Shown: positions 34,452-45,394 of the stretch, in pieces
Numbering within the stretch: the first letter of the stretch is position 1
Layout of the letters: every line of letters begins with the position of its first letter
Assembly (NCBI GenBank): GCA_034926415.1
Contig: JAYFRC010000034.1
Span: 4,232-68,231 of the forward strand
Length of the DNA stretch: 64,000 bases
Origin: Oscillospiraceae bacterium
GTDB lineage: Bacteria; Bacillota; Clostridia; Oscillospirales; Oscillospiraceae
Reading direction: 5' to 3'
Translations under genes and position numbers: made by a program
The notes under the pieces: model-generated
Seen by the model: the letters and a program-made list of their open reading frames with translations, nothing else
Databases searched by the model: none
Told to the model about the DNA's origin: nothing

Positions 34452-36832
34452 AAACCGCTTTACTGGAAAAAATCGGAAAGACCGTGCTTGTGCGCGACGG
34501 AGCTGTCGGAACGATGCTGCTCGCCGCGGGGCTCGGCGCGGGCGAGACGCCCGAGAGCTGGGTGTTTTCCCATCCCGATGAGATAACGAAGCTTCACAAT
34601 TCCTATCTCGACGCCGGAGCCGACATAATAACCGCCGTCACCTTCGGCGCAAACCGCGTGAAATGCGCCGGAGCGGCGTTTCCCGCAGTCGACGCCACAA
34701 GGCGCGGCGTTGAGCTTGCACGCGCCGCCGTCGACAAATCGGGACGTGAAGCGTATGTCGGGTTCGACGTCGGGCCGACAGGAAAGCTGCTCCGGCCCTA
34801 CGGCGATCTGTCTTTCGACGAGGCGTACGACGCTTTTGCCGAGCAGATAATTGCCGGGCGAGACGGTTCCGACCTCGTGATGATTGCCACGATGAGCGAC
34901 ATATACGAGGCAAGAGCGGCTCTGCTCGCCGCAAAGGAAAACTGTACTCTTCCCGTTTACGTCACGCTGACTTTCGGCGCTGACGGCAAACTGCTTACCG
35001 GCGCCGACATTGAGACCACATGCGCCGTGCTCGGCGGGCTCGGAGCAGATCTCGTCGGCATGAATTGCGGACTCGGTCCCGACGCCATGCTCGCTCTTAT
35101 CCCGAAATTCATGTCTGCGAGCACGGTTCCGGTCGCGGTGATGCCGAACGCCGGGCTTCCGATAGTAGAAAACGGCACGACACGCTATCCAGTCGGCGCG
35201 GAGGAGTTTGCGCTTTACACCGAAAAATTTGCGGCAATGGGCGTCGGAATGGTCGGAGGCTGCTGCGGCACGACGCCTGAGCACATAAGGGCGATTGCCG
35301 ATAAATGTAAAAATATGGAAGTGACCCCGCATGTCATAAAACGCCGAACGCTCGTCTCGTCGTACACCCACACGGTCGCTTTCGGCGCATCGCCGCTCAT
35401 TATCGGCGAGCGCATCAATCCGACGGGCAAAAAGGCCGTGAAACAGGCGCTGCGAGAAAACGATATGGATTTTCTCTGCCGCGAAGCACTTTCCCAGACG
35501 GATGCGGGGGCGCATATACTCGACGTCAACGTCGGTCTTCCGGAGCTTGACGAAACGAAAACCATGGAAAGCGCGATATTCGCGATACAGTCCGTGTGCG
35601 ACACGCCGCTCCAGATAGACACCTCCGACGCAAAGGCGATGGAACGTGCGCTGCGCATATATAACGGCAAGGCGTTGATAAACTCCGTCAACGGCAAGGA
35701 GGAAACGATGAACGCCGTGTTCCCGCTGGCAAAAAAATACGGGGCGGCCGTGGTCGCGCTAACGCTTGATGAGGACGGCATATCTGAAACTGCGGCGGGA
35801 CGCATAGCCATTGCGGAAAAGATACTCGCGCGCGCTAAGGATTTTGGCCTTGGAGAAAGCGACCTTGTTTTCGACGCGCTGACAATGACGGTCAGCACCG
35901 GCGCGGACAACGCCAACATCGCCCTCGATACGACGGACTATATAAAAAACAAAATGGGCTGCAGCACCGTGCTCGGAGTTTCTAACATATCGTTCGGCCT
36001 CCCCTGCCGCGAAAAGCTCAACTCCGCTTTCTTCATTCTCGCTCTCGGGCGCGGGCTAAGCGCGGGGATAATCAACCCCATGAGCGACGCGATGATGGAC
36101 GCTTACCGCGCGTATCTCGCGCTTTCCGGAAAAGATGCCGGCTGCGCCGGCTACATCGCCTCCTGCGCCGACGGCGCGAAAGATGCGCCGGAAAAGCCAA
36201 AGGAAAACTCGTCACTGACGCTGCGCGGCGCCGTAAGACGCGGACTTTTGTCGGATGCGGCGCGGCTTGCCGAAGCCGCGCTTGAAACCGAAGAGCCGAT
36301 GACGCTCATCGACCGGGACGTTATCCCGGCGCTCGACGAGGTCGGCGCGGGTTTTGAAAACGGAACTCTTTTCCTTCCGCAGCTCCTTATGAGCGCCGAC
36401 GCGGCCAAGGCCGCGTTCGATGTTATAAAATCGCGGCTCGGCGCTGAGGGCGGACGAGAGAGCAAGGGGCGAGTAGTCCTCGCCACGGTGAAGGGCGACG
36501 TGCATGACATCGGAAAAAATATTCTCAAGGTTTTGCTGGAAAATTATGGGTTCTCCGTTATCGACCTCGGCAAGGACGTTTCTGCCGAAGCGATACGCGA
36601 TGCGGTAAAGCGTGACGGCGCGAGGCTCGTCGGGCTGTCGGCGCTGATGACGACCACGGTTTCCAATATGGCGGATGCGATAGCGCTGCTGCGTCGCGAC
36701 TGCCCGGAATGCCGGGTAATGGTCGGCGGAGCGGTACTCAACGAATCCTACTCAAAGCAAATAGGCGCGGACTTTTATTCAAATGACGCCATGGGCGCGG
36801 TAAGATATGCCGAAATGATTTTGGCAAAATAG
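34448..36832 (+). CDS. metH: Cobalamin-dependent methionine synthase lacking the activation domain
   Basis: Hcy S-methyltransferase (GGCCGTTP), pterin-binding and B12-binding domains (GDVHDIGKN, SALMTTT). Start at MKTALLEK. Confidence 0.9.
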   Translation: MKTALLEKIGKTVLVRDGAVGTMLLAAGLGAGETPESWVFSHPDEITKLHNSYLDAGADIITAVTFGANRVKCAGAAFPAVDATRRGVELARAAVDKSGREAYVGFDVGPTGKLLRPYGDLSFDEAYDAFAEQIIAGRDGSDLVMIATMSDIYEARAALLAAKENCTLPVYVTLTFGADGKLLTGADIETTCAVLGGLGADLVGMNCGLGPDAMLALIPKFMSASTVPVAVMPNAGLPIVENGTTRYPVGAEEFALYTEKFAAMGVGMVGGCCGTTPEHIRAIADKCKNMEVTPHVIKRRTLVSSYTHTVAFGASPLIIGERINPTGKKAVKQALRENDMDFLCREALSQTDAGAHILDVNVGLPELDETKTMESAIFAIQSVCDTPLQIDTSDAKAMERALRIYNGKALINSVNGKEETMNAVFPLAKKYGAAVVALTLDEDGISETAAGRIAIAEKILARAKDFGLGESDLVFDALTMTVSTGADNANIALDTTDYIKNKMGCSTVLGVSNISFGLPCREKLNSAFFILALGRGLSAGIINPMSDAMMDAYRAYLALSGKDAGCAGYIASCADGAKDAPEKPKENSSLTLRGAVRRGLLSDAARLAEAALETEEPMTLIDRDVIPALDEVGAGFENGTLFLPQLLMSADAAKAAFDVIKSRLGAEGGRESKGRVVLATVKGDVHDIGKNILKVLLENYGFSVIDLGKDVSAEAIRDAVKRDGARLVGLSALMTTTVSNMADAIALLRRDCPECRVMVGGAVLNESYSKQIGADFYSNDAMGAVRYAEMILAK

Positions 36833-36843
36833 CAAATATGAAA

Positions 36844-36885
36844 ATACCCGACGGAGAAAAATCTCCGTCGGGTATTTTTGTTTTT
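36844..36885. terminator. Bidirectional intrinsic terminator
   Basis: ATACCCGACGGAG-AAAAAT-CTCCGTCGGGTAT followed by TTTTGTTTTT and preceded by AAAA. Confidence 0.85.
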
Positions 36886-36889
36886 ATCC

Positions 36890-37429
36890 TTATTTTCCAA
36901 GCTTGCGTTCGAGCCGTCGTATGGCCGCCGTCAGGCGGGTCAGGCCAACGGTATAGATGAGCGCGGCGAGAGCCGTTATCGCCATAGACACAATGTCGCC
37001 CGCGCCCGTGCATCCCTTGTGCAAAAGCATTTCAAGCGCAAAGGCGGCATATACCGCTATGCCCACAAAAGCATATAATCGCGCGACGCCCCTGACATAG
37101 CGCAGCTTCGATTCCTCGCTCTTGTAAATCGCAAAATCCCCGTCGCGCTGGGATTTGCGGTAGTACGCCCACTGTCCTCCCTCGGCCACCTTAACGGCAC
37201 CGCCAGCCTCGAGCCGACGCAGATACTGCTTCTGGCTTTCGTCACGGCCGGTCTTTTTCATCAGCTCAAGCCTGTAAATATACTCGCGCGGAACTCCAGA
37301 GACAAACGTATACCGGCCTGGGCCGACGCTCTCGAGCTGCCAGCCCTTCTCCGACAAGCGGTTTATCCATTTCTCCTCCCTGTCGAAATCCCATGCGAAA
37401 TACAGGCGGAATCTCGTTATCCGCTTCAT
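36890..37429 (-). CDS. DUF2812-family membrane protein
   Basis: [27 protein letters not shown]-terminal domain plus two C-terminal TM segments. ATGA overlap with the uvrB stop. Confidence 0.6.
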   Translation of the reverse strand: MKRITRFRLYFAWDFDREEKWINRLSEKGWQLESVGPGRYTFVSGVPREYIYRLELMKKTGRDESQKQYLRRLEAGGAVKVAEGGQWAYYRKSQRDGDFAIYKSEESKLRYVRGVARLYAFVGIAVYAAFALEMLLHKGCTGAGDIVSMAITALAALIYTVGLTRLTAAIRRLERKLGK

Positions 37430-39396
37430 TGCTTGTTCTCTCCCCGAAGCTCTATTATGCGGTCGCGAAGTATCGCGGCGTACTCGAACTCGAGCATTTT
37501 GCTCGCCTCGCGCATCTCCTTTTCGAGCTTCGCAATCTCCGCGCGGCGTTCGCTGTCGTTCAGCTTTTTTCTGCGCCCGCCGGACTTTTTGTCCTCGCTC
37601 TCGGTTATCTCGAGTATATCGTGGACAGGCTTGACTATGGTCTTCGGCACTATGCCGTGGGCCTTGTTGAACTTGTCCTGTATATCGCGGCGGCGGTTGG
37701 TTTCATCTATCGCCGCCTTCATCGACGGTGTTGTCGTATCGGCGTACATTATAACCTTGCCGTCGGCATTTCGCGCCGCGCGGCCTATGGTCTGTATCAG
37801 AGACGTCTCGCTGCGAAGGAAGCCTTCCTTATCCGCGTCGAGTATCGCCACGAGCGAGACCTCCGGCATATCCAGTCCCTCGCGCAGAAGGTTGATGCCG
37901 ACAAGCACGTCGAACTCGCCTAGGCGCAGGTCGCGCACTATCTCCATGCGCTCTATGGTATTGACGCCGGAGTGCATATAGCGCACGCGTATGCCGACGC
38001 CGCGCAGATACTCGGTAAGGTCTTCGGCCATCTTCTTCGTTAGCGTCGTCACAAGCACGCGCTCGTTTATCTTCGCGCGCGCGTTTATTTCGCCGATGAG
38101 GTCGTCTATCTGGCCCGCGACCGGCCGCACATCTATCTTCGGATCGAGCAGTCCCGTCGGGCGTATGACCTGCTCGACTATCTGTCCCGAGCGCGAACGC
38201 TCGTACTCCGCGGGCGTGGCGCTTACATACACCACCTGATTTATATGCTTTTCAAATTCGTCGAACGTTAGCGGCCTGTTGTCGAAAGCACAGGGAAGGC
38301 GGAATCCATAATTTATCAGGCTCTCCTTGCGGGCGCGGTCGCCCGCGTACATGGCGCGGACCTGCGGTATCGTCACATGCGATTCGTCGATGAACATCAT
38401 AAAATCCTTCGGCATGAAATCCATCAGCGTCATCGGCGCGCTGCCCTTCGGCCTTCCCGAGATTATGCGGCTGTAATTCTCTATGCCGCTGCAGTGGCCT
38501 ATCTCCTGCATCATCTCCATGTCGTAAAGCGTGCGCTGCTTCAGCCGCTGGGCTTCGACAAGCTTGCCCTGCTCCTCGAACACCCTGAGCTGTTCGCCGA
38601 GCTCTATATTTATCTCGGATATGGCGCGCTTGAGCTTTTCCGGTGTCGTGACGTAGAGCGACGCCGGGTAGATGTTTACATGGCTGCGGCGGCTGAGGAT
38701 CTCGCCCGTCAGCGGGCGTATCTCGCATATTCTGTCTATCTCGTCGCCGAAGTATTCAACGCGCACCGCCCAGTCGCTGGCGTAGGCGGGGTAGATGTCA
38801 AGCGTGTCGCCGCGGACCCTGAACATATTGCGCTCGAACGCGACGTCGTTGCGCTCGTACTTTATCTCGGTCAGGCGGCGCAGCAGCTCCTCGCGCGGAA
38901 ATTCGTTCCCCTCGCGAAGAGATACGACCATGTTGGCGTAGTCCACGGGGTCGCCAAGGCCGTATATGCATGAGACTGACGCGACGACGATAACATCCCG
39001 CCGCTCAAACAGCGACGACGTGGCAGAGTTTCTGAGCCGGTCTATCTCGTCGTTCGTGGACGCGTCCTTGGCGATATATGTGTCGGTATGCGGAATATAC
39101 GCCTCGGGCTGGTAATAGTCGTAATACGACACGAAATATTCCACGGCGTTGTCGGGGAAAAATTCCTTGAACTCGGCGCAAAGCTGCGCCGCGAGAGTTT
39201 TGTTATGAGCCAGGACAAGCGTCGGCCGCTGAAGCTTTTCGATAACCTTGGCCATCGTGAAGGTCTTGCCGCTGCCGGTGACGCCGAGCAGCGTCTGCTC
39301 CGAGAGGCCGAGCCCGACGCCTTGTATGAGCTTTTCAATGGCCTCAGGCTGATCGCCCTTGGCGTCGTAAGGACTTACAAGTCTGAATTCTCCCAT
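37426..39396 (-). CDS. uvrB: Excinuclease ABC subunit B
   Basis: [10 protein letters not shown] Walker A, DESH box, C-terminal UVR domain ([11 protein letters not shown]). Start at [10 protein letters not shown] with an AAAGGAGAGG RBS (the ORF track extends to 39606). Confidence 0.95.
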   Translation of the reverse strand: MGEFRLVSPYDAKGDQPEAIEKLIQGVGLGLSEQTLLGVTGSGKTFTMAKVIEKLQRPTLVLAHNKTLAAQLCAEFKEFFPDNAVEYFVSYYDYYQPEAYIPHTDTYIAKDASTNDEIDRLRNSATSSLFERRDVIVVASVSCIYGLGDPVDYANMVVSLREGNEFPREELLRRLTEIKYERNDVAFERNMFRVRGDTLDIYPAYASDWAVRVEYFGDEIDRICEIRPLTGEILSRRSHVNIYPASLYVTTPEKLKRAISEINIELGEQLRVFEEQGKLVEAQRLKQRTLYDMEMMQEIGHCSGIENYSRIISGRPKGSAPMTLMDFMPKDFMMFIDESHVTIPQVRAMYAGDRARKESLINYGFRLPCAFDNRPLTFDEFEKHINQVVYVSATPAEYERSRSGQIVEQVIRPTGLLDPKIDVRPVAGQIDDLIGEINARAKINERVLVTTLTKKMAEDLTEYLRGVGIRVRYMHSGVNTIERMEIVRDLRLGEFDVLVGINLLREGLDMPEVSLVAILDADKEGFLRSETSLIQTIGRAARNADGKVIMYADTTTPSMKAAIDETNRRRDIQDKFNKAHGIVPKTIVKPVHDILEITESEDKKSGGRRKKLNDSERRAEIAKLEKEMREASKMLEFEYAAILRDRIIELRGENKQ

Positions 39397-39428
39397 CGTT
39401 CCGTCCTCTCCTTTAATATGGTACCGAT

Positions 39429-39457
39429 ATAATACCCGTTTTGAGCGCAAATTGCAA
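39429..39457 (-). promoter_or_regulatory. Putative uvrB promoter
   Basis: Minus strand: TTGCAA, 17-nt spacer, TATTAT, about 33 nt upstream of the start. Confidence 0.4.
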
Positions 39458-39460
39458 CAT

Positions 39461-39504
39461 ACGGCTGAAGCCGCCGCGCTATGCGCGGCGGCTTCAGCCG
39501 TTTT
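39461..39504. terminator. 19-bp perfect hairpin between the BKACE operon end and the uvrB promoter
   Basis: ACGGCTGAAGCCGCCGCGC-TAT-GCGCGGCGGCTTCAGCCGT. A T-run (TTTT) is present only on the plus strand. Confidence 0.5.
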
Positions 39505-39536
39505 ACAAATCTTTCGAAAGAGGGGTGATACTAAAT

Positions 39537-40385
39537 TCAGCGGTCTATGCCGAGTATCTCGCGGGCCTGAGCCGCGGTCGCGACTTCGCGCCCGGCTACG
39601 GCGCACAATTTCGCCGCACGCTCTACAAGCTGCGGGTTCGTCGCGAGAACGCCCTTGCTGTACATGATGTTGTCCTCGAGCCCCACTCTGACACCGTCCG
39701 CGCCCATGGCCATAGCCGCAAACAGCATCGGAAGATGCGTCTTTCCGATTCCGGTGACGCTCCAGGTCGAGCCCTCGGGAAGCATGTCGTGAAGGAAGCT
39801 GAGGTTTCGGACGCTGCCATCGAGGCCGCCGGAAACGCCCATCACGAACTGATAATGTATTGGAGCTTTGAGCATACCCTTTTTGACATAGTATTCCGTG
39901 TTGCCGATAAAGCCGCCGTCAAAAACCTCAACCTCGGGCTTGATGTCGAGCTCGTTTACGGCCTTGCAGAGCTTTTCGAGAAATCTTGGGTGGTTTTCAA
40001 AAACAAAGCTGTTGCTCCAGTTGAGCGTTCCGGCGTCGAACGAGCACATCTCGGGACGAAGAGCGTAGAGATGCTGAAGGCGCTCGTCGTCGACATAGGA
40101 GCCGCCTGAAGTCGTGAGATTCAAAAGTATGTCTATATTCTCTTCCTTGCAGCGCTTGCGCGTGAGCTCCACTGCGTCCCTGAACTTTTCAAGGGCCATG
40201 GTCTTTTTGCCCTCGTCGTCGCGGACATGGATATGCGCGACGGAAGCGCCGGCTCTCGCGCAGGCTACGATGTCCTCAGCTATCTCCGCCGCGGTCAGCG
40301 GAACCGCGGGGTTCTGGGCTTTCTGGGTCCCCGCGCCGGTAAGCGCGACGGAAATTATAACGGGTTTGTTCGACATGGTGGTCAT
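39537..40385 (-). CDS. Beta-keto acid cleavage enzyme (BKACE/DUF849; 3-keto-5-aminohexanoate-cleavage-enzyme family)
   Basis: [36 protein letters not shown] signature of the family. 282 aa. Confidence 0.8.
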   Translation of the reverse strand: MTTMSNKPVIISVALTGAGTQKAQNPAVPLTAAEIAEDIVACARAGASVAHIHVRDDEGKKTMALEKFRDAVELTRKRCKEENIDILLNLTTSGGSYVDDERLQHLYALRPEMCSFDAGTLNWSNSFVFENHPRFLEKLCKAVNELDIKPEVEVFDGGFIGNTEYYVKKGMLKAPIHYQFVMGVSGGLDGSVRNLSFLHDMLPEGSTWSVTGIGKTHLPMLFAAMAMGADGVRVGLEDNIMYSKGVLATNPQLVERAAKLCAVAGREVATAAQAREILGIDR

Positions 40386-40429
40386 AATATGTATTTTCCT
40401 TTCAAGTTTTGATTATAGTCTTACGCGTT

Positions 40430-41626
40430 TCAGCACAGCTCTATAACCGCCGCCATTCCGAGACCTCCGGCGACGCAGAGCGTGGCCGCGCCGAGCTTTT
40501 CGTTCCGCTTAATCATCTCGTGCAAAAGCGTAACGACTATCCGCGCGCCACTGTTGCCGACGGGATGGCCGAGCGCTATCGCCCCGCCGTTGACGTTCGT
40601 TTTCGCCATGTCATCGTCATCGTAGCCGAGAAGCCGCATGCAGCCTATGCACTGGCCCGCAAACGCCTCGTTCATCTCGATGAGTCCAAAATCCTTAAGC
40701 GTCAGGTTCTGGTCGCGCATAACCTTTTGCATCGCGGGGACGGGGCCGAGAAACCACTTCCTCGGGTCGAGCGCTGCGGACGCGACTTCCTTTATAACGG
40801 CCAGGGGCCTGAGCCCCAACTCCGACGCCTTTTCGCGCGTCATTATGAACAGCGCCGACGCGCCGTCGTTTCTGCCGCTGGCGTTTCCGGCCGTAACCGT
40901 ACCGTCGCTGTGGAACGCCGGCTTAAGCTTTGCGAGCTTCTCGGCGTTCGTGGCCTTGGGATATTCGTCGGTATCGAAAACGACGTCCTCTTTTTTCATG
41001 TGCACGGTGACGGGAACTATCTCGTCTTTGAAGCGGCCCGAGGCTATGGCTTTCGCAGCCTTCTCCTGGCTCGCTAGCGCAAAATCGTCCTGCTCCTCGC
41101 GCGAGATCCCTACCTCTCTGCAATAATCGTCGACGGACTGTCCCATATTAAAGCGTCCGTAAACATCCTCGGGCTGTGACTTAAACTGCACCTCGGTCAG
41201 CGAATCGAGGAGCTGAGTGCTGCCTGTGCCGAGTCCGAAGCGGGCACCTCGGATATAGAACGGGGCTGTGCTCATGCTCTCCACTCCGCCGACTATCGCC
41301 GCGTCATAAACGCCTGATGCTATGTCCGACACGCCGCAGCCGAGCGCAGTCATACCGGACGCGCACTGGCGCATCACGGTAAACGCCGGAACGCTCTCGT
41401 CTATCCCGGCCTTGAGCGCCGCTATGCGCGCTATATTGGGATTATCTGACGACTGACGGCAATGGCCGAGTATGACCTGGCCTATACTTTTCGTGTCAAT
41501 TCCCGTCTCTTCAACTATCGCGCGGATGACCGGCGCGGCCAGATCCTCCGGCTGCACGCTCTTCAGCGTGCCACCGAGCTTTCCTACTGCCGTCCTTTTC
41601 GCACTTACTATTACAACCTCACGCAT
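40430..41626 (-). CDS. Acetyl-CoA acetyltransferase (thiolase II)
   Basis: Active-site context [26 protein letters not shown]. Confidence 0.9.
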   Translation of the reverse strand: MREVVIVSAKRTAVGKLGGTLKSVQPEDLAAPVIRAIVEETGIDTKSIGQVILGHCRQSSDNPNIARIAALKAGIDESVPAFTVMRQCASGMTALGCGVSDIASGVYDAAIVGGVESMSTAPFYIRGARFGLGTGSTQLLDSLTEVQFKSQPEDVYGRFNMGQSVDDYCREVGISREEQDDFALASQEKAAKAIASGRFKDEIVPVTVHMKKEDVVFDTDEYPKATNAEKLAKLKPAFHSDGTVTAGNASGRNDGASALFIMTREKASELGLRPLAVIKEVASAALDPRKWFLGPVPAMQKVMRDQNLTLKDFGLIEMNEAFAGQCIGCMRLLGYDDDDMAKTNVNGGAIALGHPVGNSGARIVVTLLHEMIKRNEKLGAATLCVAGGLGMAAVIELC

Positions 41627-41666
41627 TTTCCGAAGCCTCCGAATTTTTGATTATGATTATGTATTT

Positions 41667-42620
41667 TCAAACCGGGTCGTCCATGAATTTCTTTTCAAGA
41701 GCGAACGCCGAAAAAAGCTGTTTATCGCGCTTGGCCTTAAGCTCCTCAATGTTTTTTCCCGTGTAATCATAAAAGCCCTTGCCCGTCTTAATGCCGAGAT
41801 TGCCTGCGTCGACGAGTTTTCCGAGGGTTTTCGGCATATCGGTCGGAGCGGGCATGGTATAGCTGCGGTTGCGGAAATTGTTCGCTGTCATGTCGACGCC
41901 GCCGAAGTCCATTCTCTTGCAGAGTCCAAGCACCATGGCGCGCGGGATGAACGACGTCTTTACCGCGAGGTCTATATCCTCGGGCGTGCAGTAATCGTTG
42001 TCAAGCAAGTAGAAGACCTCCTGGTTCAGACACTGCTGGAGACGATTCACGATATAGCCGCGGATAAACTTGTGCATGCGGACCGGGGTCTTTCCGCCGC
42101 GGCGCAGAAGCTCCATTACAGAGTCGACGGCTTCCGGACGCGTCTTGTCGTTTCCGACGACCTCGACGAGAGGTATGACGTTGGCCGGCGCGTACCAGTG
42201 CGCGATGAGCGTATCGGGAAGCCGGCGCTCCGGCATTATCTCGAATATGTTGAGCGCAGAGGTATTCGACGCGATTATCACGCCCTCCGGCAGAAGCCTG
42301 TCGAGTTCGGCGTAAACGTTCTCCTTGACCGGCTTCTTCTCAACGACCGCCTCGACGACCATATCGGCGCCCGCGAGGGCTTTTTCAAGGTCGGCCTCGT
42401 ACGAGACCTTTCCGAAAAGCCCCTGTATCCGGTCTTGCGTTATAAGTCCCTCGTCCGCAAACGTATCAAGATTGTTGCGGTAGGTTATCTTCGCTCTGTC
42501 GAGCGCCTCGGCAGCAATGTCGTACATAACGACGTCGGCTCCCGACATCGCCATTATCTGCGCTATACCCGGGCCCATCACGCCCGCCCCTATAAGGGTT
42601 ATCTTTTGAATATCTTTCAT
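41667..42620 (-). CDS. 3-hydroxyacyl-CoA-dehydrogenase-family NAD-binding oxidoreductase
   Basis: IGAGVMGPGIA Rossmann motif and HADH N- and C-terminal domain pattern. 317 aa. Confidence 0.85.
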   Translation of the reverse strand: MKDIQKITLIGAGVMGPGIAQIMAMSGADVVMYDIAAEALDRAKITYRNNLDTFADEGLITQDRIQGLFGKVSYEADLEKALAGADMVVEAVVEKKPVKENVYAELDRLLPEGVIIASNTSALNIFEIMPERRLPDTLIAHWYAPANVIPLVEVVGNDKTRPEAVDSVMELLRRGGKTPVRMHKFIRGYIVNRLQQCLNQEVFYLLDNDYCTPEDIDLAVKTSFIPRAMVLGLCKRMDFGGVDMTANNFRNRSYTMPAPTDMPKTLGKLVDAGNLGIKTGKGFYDYTGKNIEELKAKRDKQLFSAFALEKKFMDDPV

Positions 42621-44032
42621 GATTGCACTCCCTCTTGTTTTGCTGCTAAAGCGGGCGTAAGCATATAGCCCGCAAACATTATTACAACGTCCGCTATTAT
42701 ACCCGCGAACAATGAATCGAATGGAAGGATACCGTCCAGAACGGTTCCGAATATAAGCACAAGCATCGGCCCGATTATTATCGACGCCACGGCGAAGCGG
42801 CGGTCGACTTTACCAGGCGCCCGGAGCAAAAAGCACAGCGGCACAAAAACCACCGCGCCTCGAAGCCCCATAGACATAAACGCAAAGTTAAGTATCGTAT
42901 CGCCGAGCGAGCCTGTCGACATGCAGCAGCCGAAAGCCAGCACCGCGACGATTATCGCTTTCGACAGCGCGCCGTTTTTGCGGGGCTCGTCAAATTTTCG
43001 CGTGAATTTCTGGATTATATCCCTGTTTACTATCGTGGATATGCCGAGCGCGAGTCCAGCGCCCGTACCGACGCTCGCGACGAACAGCGTGCCGAGAACT
43101 ATGCCTCCGAGCAGCGGCGGAAGGTTGTCGAGCGTAAACTGCGTCAGCGCCGTCTTTGCGACAAAGGTCGCGGTATCGGTCACGGAGCGCATGTAAAGTC
43201 CGACGATTATTCCGAACGCGCCTATAGGCGGTATCAGGAACGCGCTTATCAGCGCGCCGTTCCTCGCGGCCTTCTCCGTCTTCCCCGAGATGACGGCCTG
43301 AGCGTAGGTCTGCGTCGTCAAAACGCCAAGTATGAGCGAAAAACACGAGCCGAGGTCCTTGCCCGCTCCGCGGCAGAGCAGGCTGAAAAAATCAGTCCCG
43401 GTCGCAGCCTTCATGCTCTCGACCATCGCTATGAAGCTTCCGCAGCCTCCGGCTTTCGAAAGAGCTATCATGCCGCACGCGGCCATCGATATGTAAAGCA
43501 GGACAAGCTTGAGAACGCCGACTATACCCGCGCCCTTCGTCCCTCCGAACACGACGTAGAGGATCATGAAGGCCGCGGCTATCGCCACCGTCCACAGCGT
43601 GCCCATGGACGGCCACACGACAAGCACGACCGCGCTCGCAGCGAGGAGCTGTGATATTATATTTATGAACGTTCCGACGGCGTTGAGCACCGATGCGGTA
43701 AGCCCGGCCGCCGGCCCGTACTCCCTCCTTATCATACCGACAAGCGTTGGGCACTCCTGTGCCTTGAACGGCTTCACATACACGAGCGCGAGAACGAGAC
43801 ACGCAAGCCCTCCGCCAAGCGTGAACCACCACGCCGACATGCCGTAGTTATACGCCAGCTGCGCCGTTCCGACAGTCGACGAGCCTCCGACGATGGTGCC
43901 CATGATCACTCCGGCTATTATCGCCGAACCGTTCTTCTCGCTTCCGCCTTTTACGCGCATTCCGGAATATATCGCGAGCCCGGCAATAAGCGCGACGGCT
44001 ATCGCCATTCCGACGATTTGAAGCGTATCCAT
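42617..44032 (-). CDS. Sodium:solute symporter-like transporter
   Basis: 471 aa, about 12-13 TM segments, SSS-like N-terminus. Overlaps both neighbours. Confidence 0.55.
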   Translation of the reverse strand: MDTLQIVGMAIAVALIAGLAIYSGMRVKGGSEKNGSAIIAGVIMGTIVGGSSTVGTAQLAYNYGMSAWWFTLGGGLACLVLALVYVKPFKAQECPTLVGMIRREYGPAAGLTASVLNAVGTFINIISQLLAASAVVLVVWPSMGTLWTVAIAAAFMILYVVFGGTKGAGIVGVLKLVLLYISMAACGMIALSKAGGCGSFIAMVESMKAATGTDFFSLLCRGAGKDLGSCFSLILGVLTTQTYAQAVISGKTEKAARNGALISAFLIPPIGAFGIIVGLYMRSVTDTATFVAKTALTQFTLDNLPPLLGGIVLGTLFVASVGTGAGLALGISTIVNRDIIQKFTRKFDEPRKNGALSKAIIVAVLAFGCCMSTGSLGDTILNFAFMSMGLRGAVVFVPLCFLLRAPGKVDRRFAVASIIIGPMLVLIFGTVLDGILPFDSLFAGIIADVVIMFAGYMLTPALAAKQEGVQS

Positions 44033-44688
44033 CAGCCGACCATGCTCCCTATCTTCCCTGGTATGATTATGTCGGCTTCGGTCTTGGCGATAACTTCCTC
44101 GGCCGTGACTCCGGGCGCGAGCTCCTCTAGCACAAGGCCGGTTTCGGTCCTATGCAGGACGCACAGCTCTGTCACTATATAATCAGCCTCGCTCGCGGCC
44201 GTCAGCGGCAGTGTACATTTTTTGAGTATCTTGGGCTCGCCTGATTTCGTGCAGTGCTCCATGGTAATTATTACCAGCTTCGCACCTGCGACGAGATCCA
44301 TCGCGCCGCCCATTCCGGGCACCATCTTTCCAGGGACCATCCAGTTGGCGATATTTCCCTCCTGGTCCACCTCGAGCGAGCCGAGCACCGTCGCATCGAC
44401 GTGTCCGCCGCGGATAAGACCGAAGGACATGCAGCTGTCGAAGCACATTCCTCCCGGCACTATGCTTACCGGCATGCCGCCGGCGTTCACGACGTCCTTT
44501 TCCTCTTTGCCTTTTTCCGGGGCGGGGCCGAGGCCGATGAAACCGTTTTCAGACTGGAGCATGACGTCGACGCCGTCGGGAATATAATTCGCTATTTTGG
44601 TCGGCATGCCTATGCCGAGATTAACAAGGTCGCCGTCGTGAAAAAATCTCGCCGCGCGCGAGACGATAAGTTCTCTTCCGTCCATCAT
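44032..44688 (-). CDS. 3-oxoacid/acetate CoA-transferase subunit B
   Basis: LQSENGFIGLGP with the catalytic Glu motif. Confidence 0.85.
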   Translation of the reverse strand: MMDGRELIVSRAARFFHDGDLVNLGIGMPTKIANYIPDGVDVMLQSENGFIGLGPAPEKGKEEKDVVNAGGMPVSIVPGGMCFDSCMSFGLIRGGHVDATVLGSLEVDQEGNIANWMVPGKMVPGMGGAMDLVAGAKLVIITMEHCTKSGEPKILKKCTLPLTAASEADYIVTELCVLHRTETGLVLEELAPGVTAEEVIAKTEADIIIPGKIGSMVG

Positions 44689-45356
44689 TCCGTCTCCTTT
44701 ACGACCATGTCGACGCAGACTCCCGGCGTCATAACCTCATCCGGGTCGAGCTGTCCGACCTCGACTATTTCCTCGGCCTCCGCTATGACGAAATCCGCGG
44801 CCATGGCCATGACGGGGTTGAAGTTTCGGGCGCAGCGGTGATATACGAGGTTGCCGGACGTGTCCGCCTTCCACGCGTGTATGAGCGCGACCTCGGCGCG
44901 GAGCGGAGTCTCGAGCAGATAATCTTTTTCTCCGACGCTTATCGTTTTTTTGCCGTCCGCTACCACGGTGCCTATGCCGGTAGGAGTCAGCACTCCGCCA
45001 AGCCCCGTTCCGCCGCAGCGTATGCGCTCTGCGAGAGTACCCTGCGGCACGAGCGTCACCTGAAGCTCGCCGCTGTTCATCTGGCGCCCCACCTCCGGAT
45101 TGAGGCCTATGTGCGAAGCCGTGAGCGAATACACTCGCTTTTGGCATATAAGCGTTCCGATGCCGTCCGCATGGTCGTTGCCCGCGTCGTTCGATATGAG
45201 GCGTAATCCGCTGACACCCTTTTCCGTCATCTTTATTATGAAATTATTAGGCGAACCGACGTTGGTGAATCCCGCGATCATTATCGTCATTCCATCATGT
45301 ATCTTTTCAAGCGCTTTATCTGCGCTGACTACTTTCGAACGCACGGCTGCTGTCAC
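44685..45356 (-). CDS. 3-oxoacid/acetate CoA-transferase subunit A
   Basis: IMIAGF..GSP..LISNDAG..GGVLTPTG pattern. Confidence 0.85.
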   Translation of the reverse strand: MTAAVRSKVVSADKALEKIHDGMTIMIAGFTNVGSPNNFIIKMTEKGVSGLRLISNDAGNDHADGIGTLICQKRVYSLTASHIGLNPEVGRQMNSGELQVTLVPQGTLAERIRCGGTGLGGVLTPTGIGTVVADGKKTISVGEKDYLLETPLRAEVALIHAWKADTSGNLVYHRCARNFNPVMAMAADFVIAEAEEIVEVGQLDPDEVMTPGVCVDMVVKETE

Positions 45357-45394
45357 ATCCTCTCGTTTTTTTCGTTTCTTTTTTATTTTTAATA

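Noticed and set aside
39397-39460. SOS (Cheo/LexA) box upstream of uvrB
   Set aside because: No CGAAC-N4-GTTCG-like palindrome is present between the predicted promoter and the start codon.
39537-40385. Lysine fermentation kce
   Set aside because: None of the accompanying lysine-fermentation genes (aminomutases, 3,5-diaminohexanoate dehydrogenase, ammonia lyase) is in the operon, so only the family-level BKACE call is supported.
41472-42668. 398-aa plus-strand ORF, plus similar long shadows at 20845-21909(-), 34460-35515(-), 47151-48035(+), 30817-31686(+) and 29981-30820(+)
   Set aside because: All lie antisense to genes with strong family signatures and show the R/H/G-rich composition of non-coding frames.
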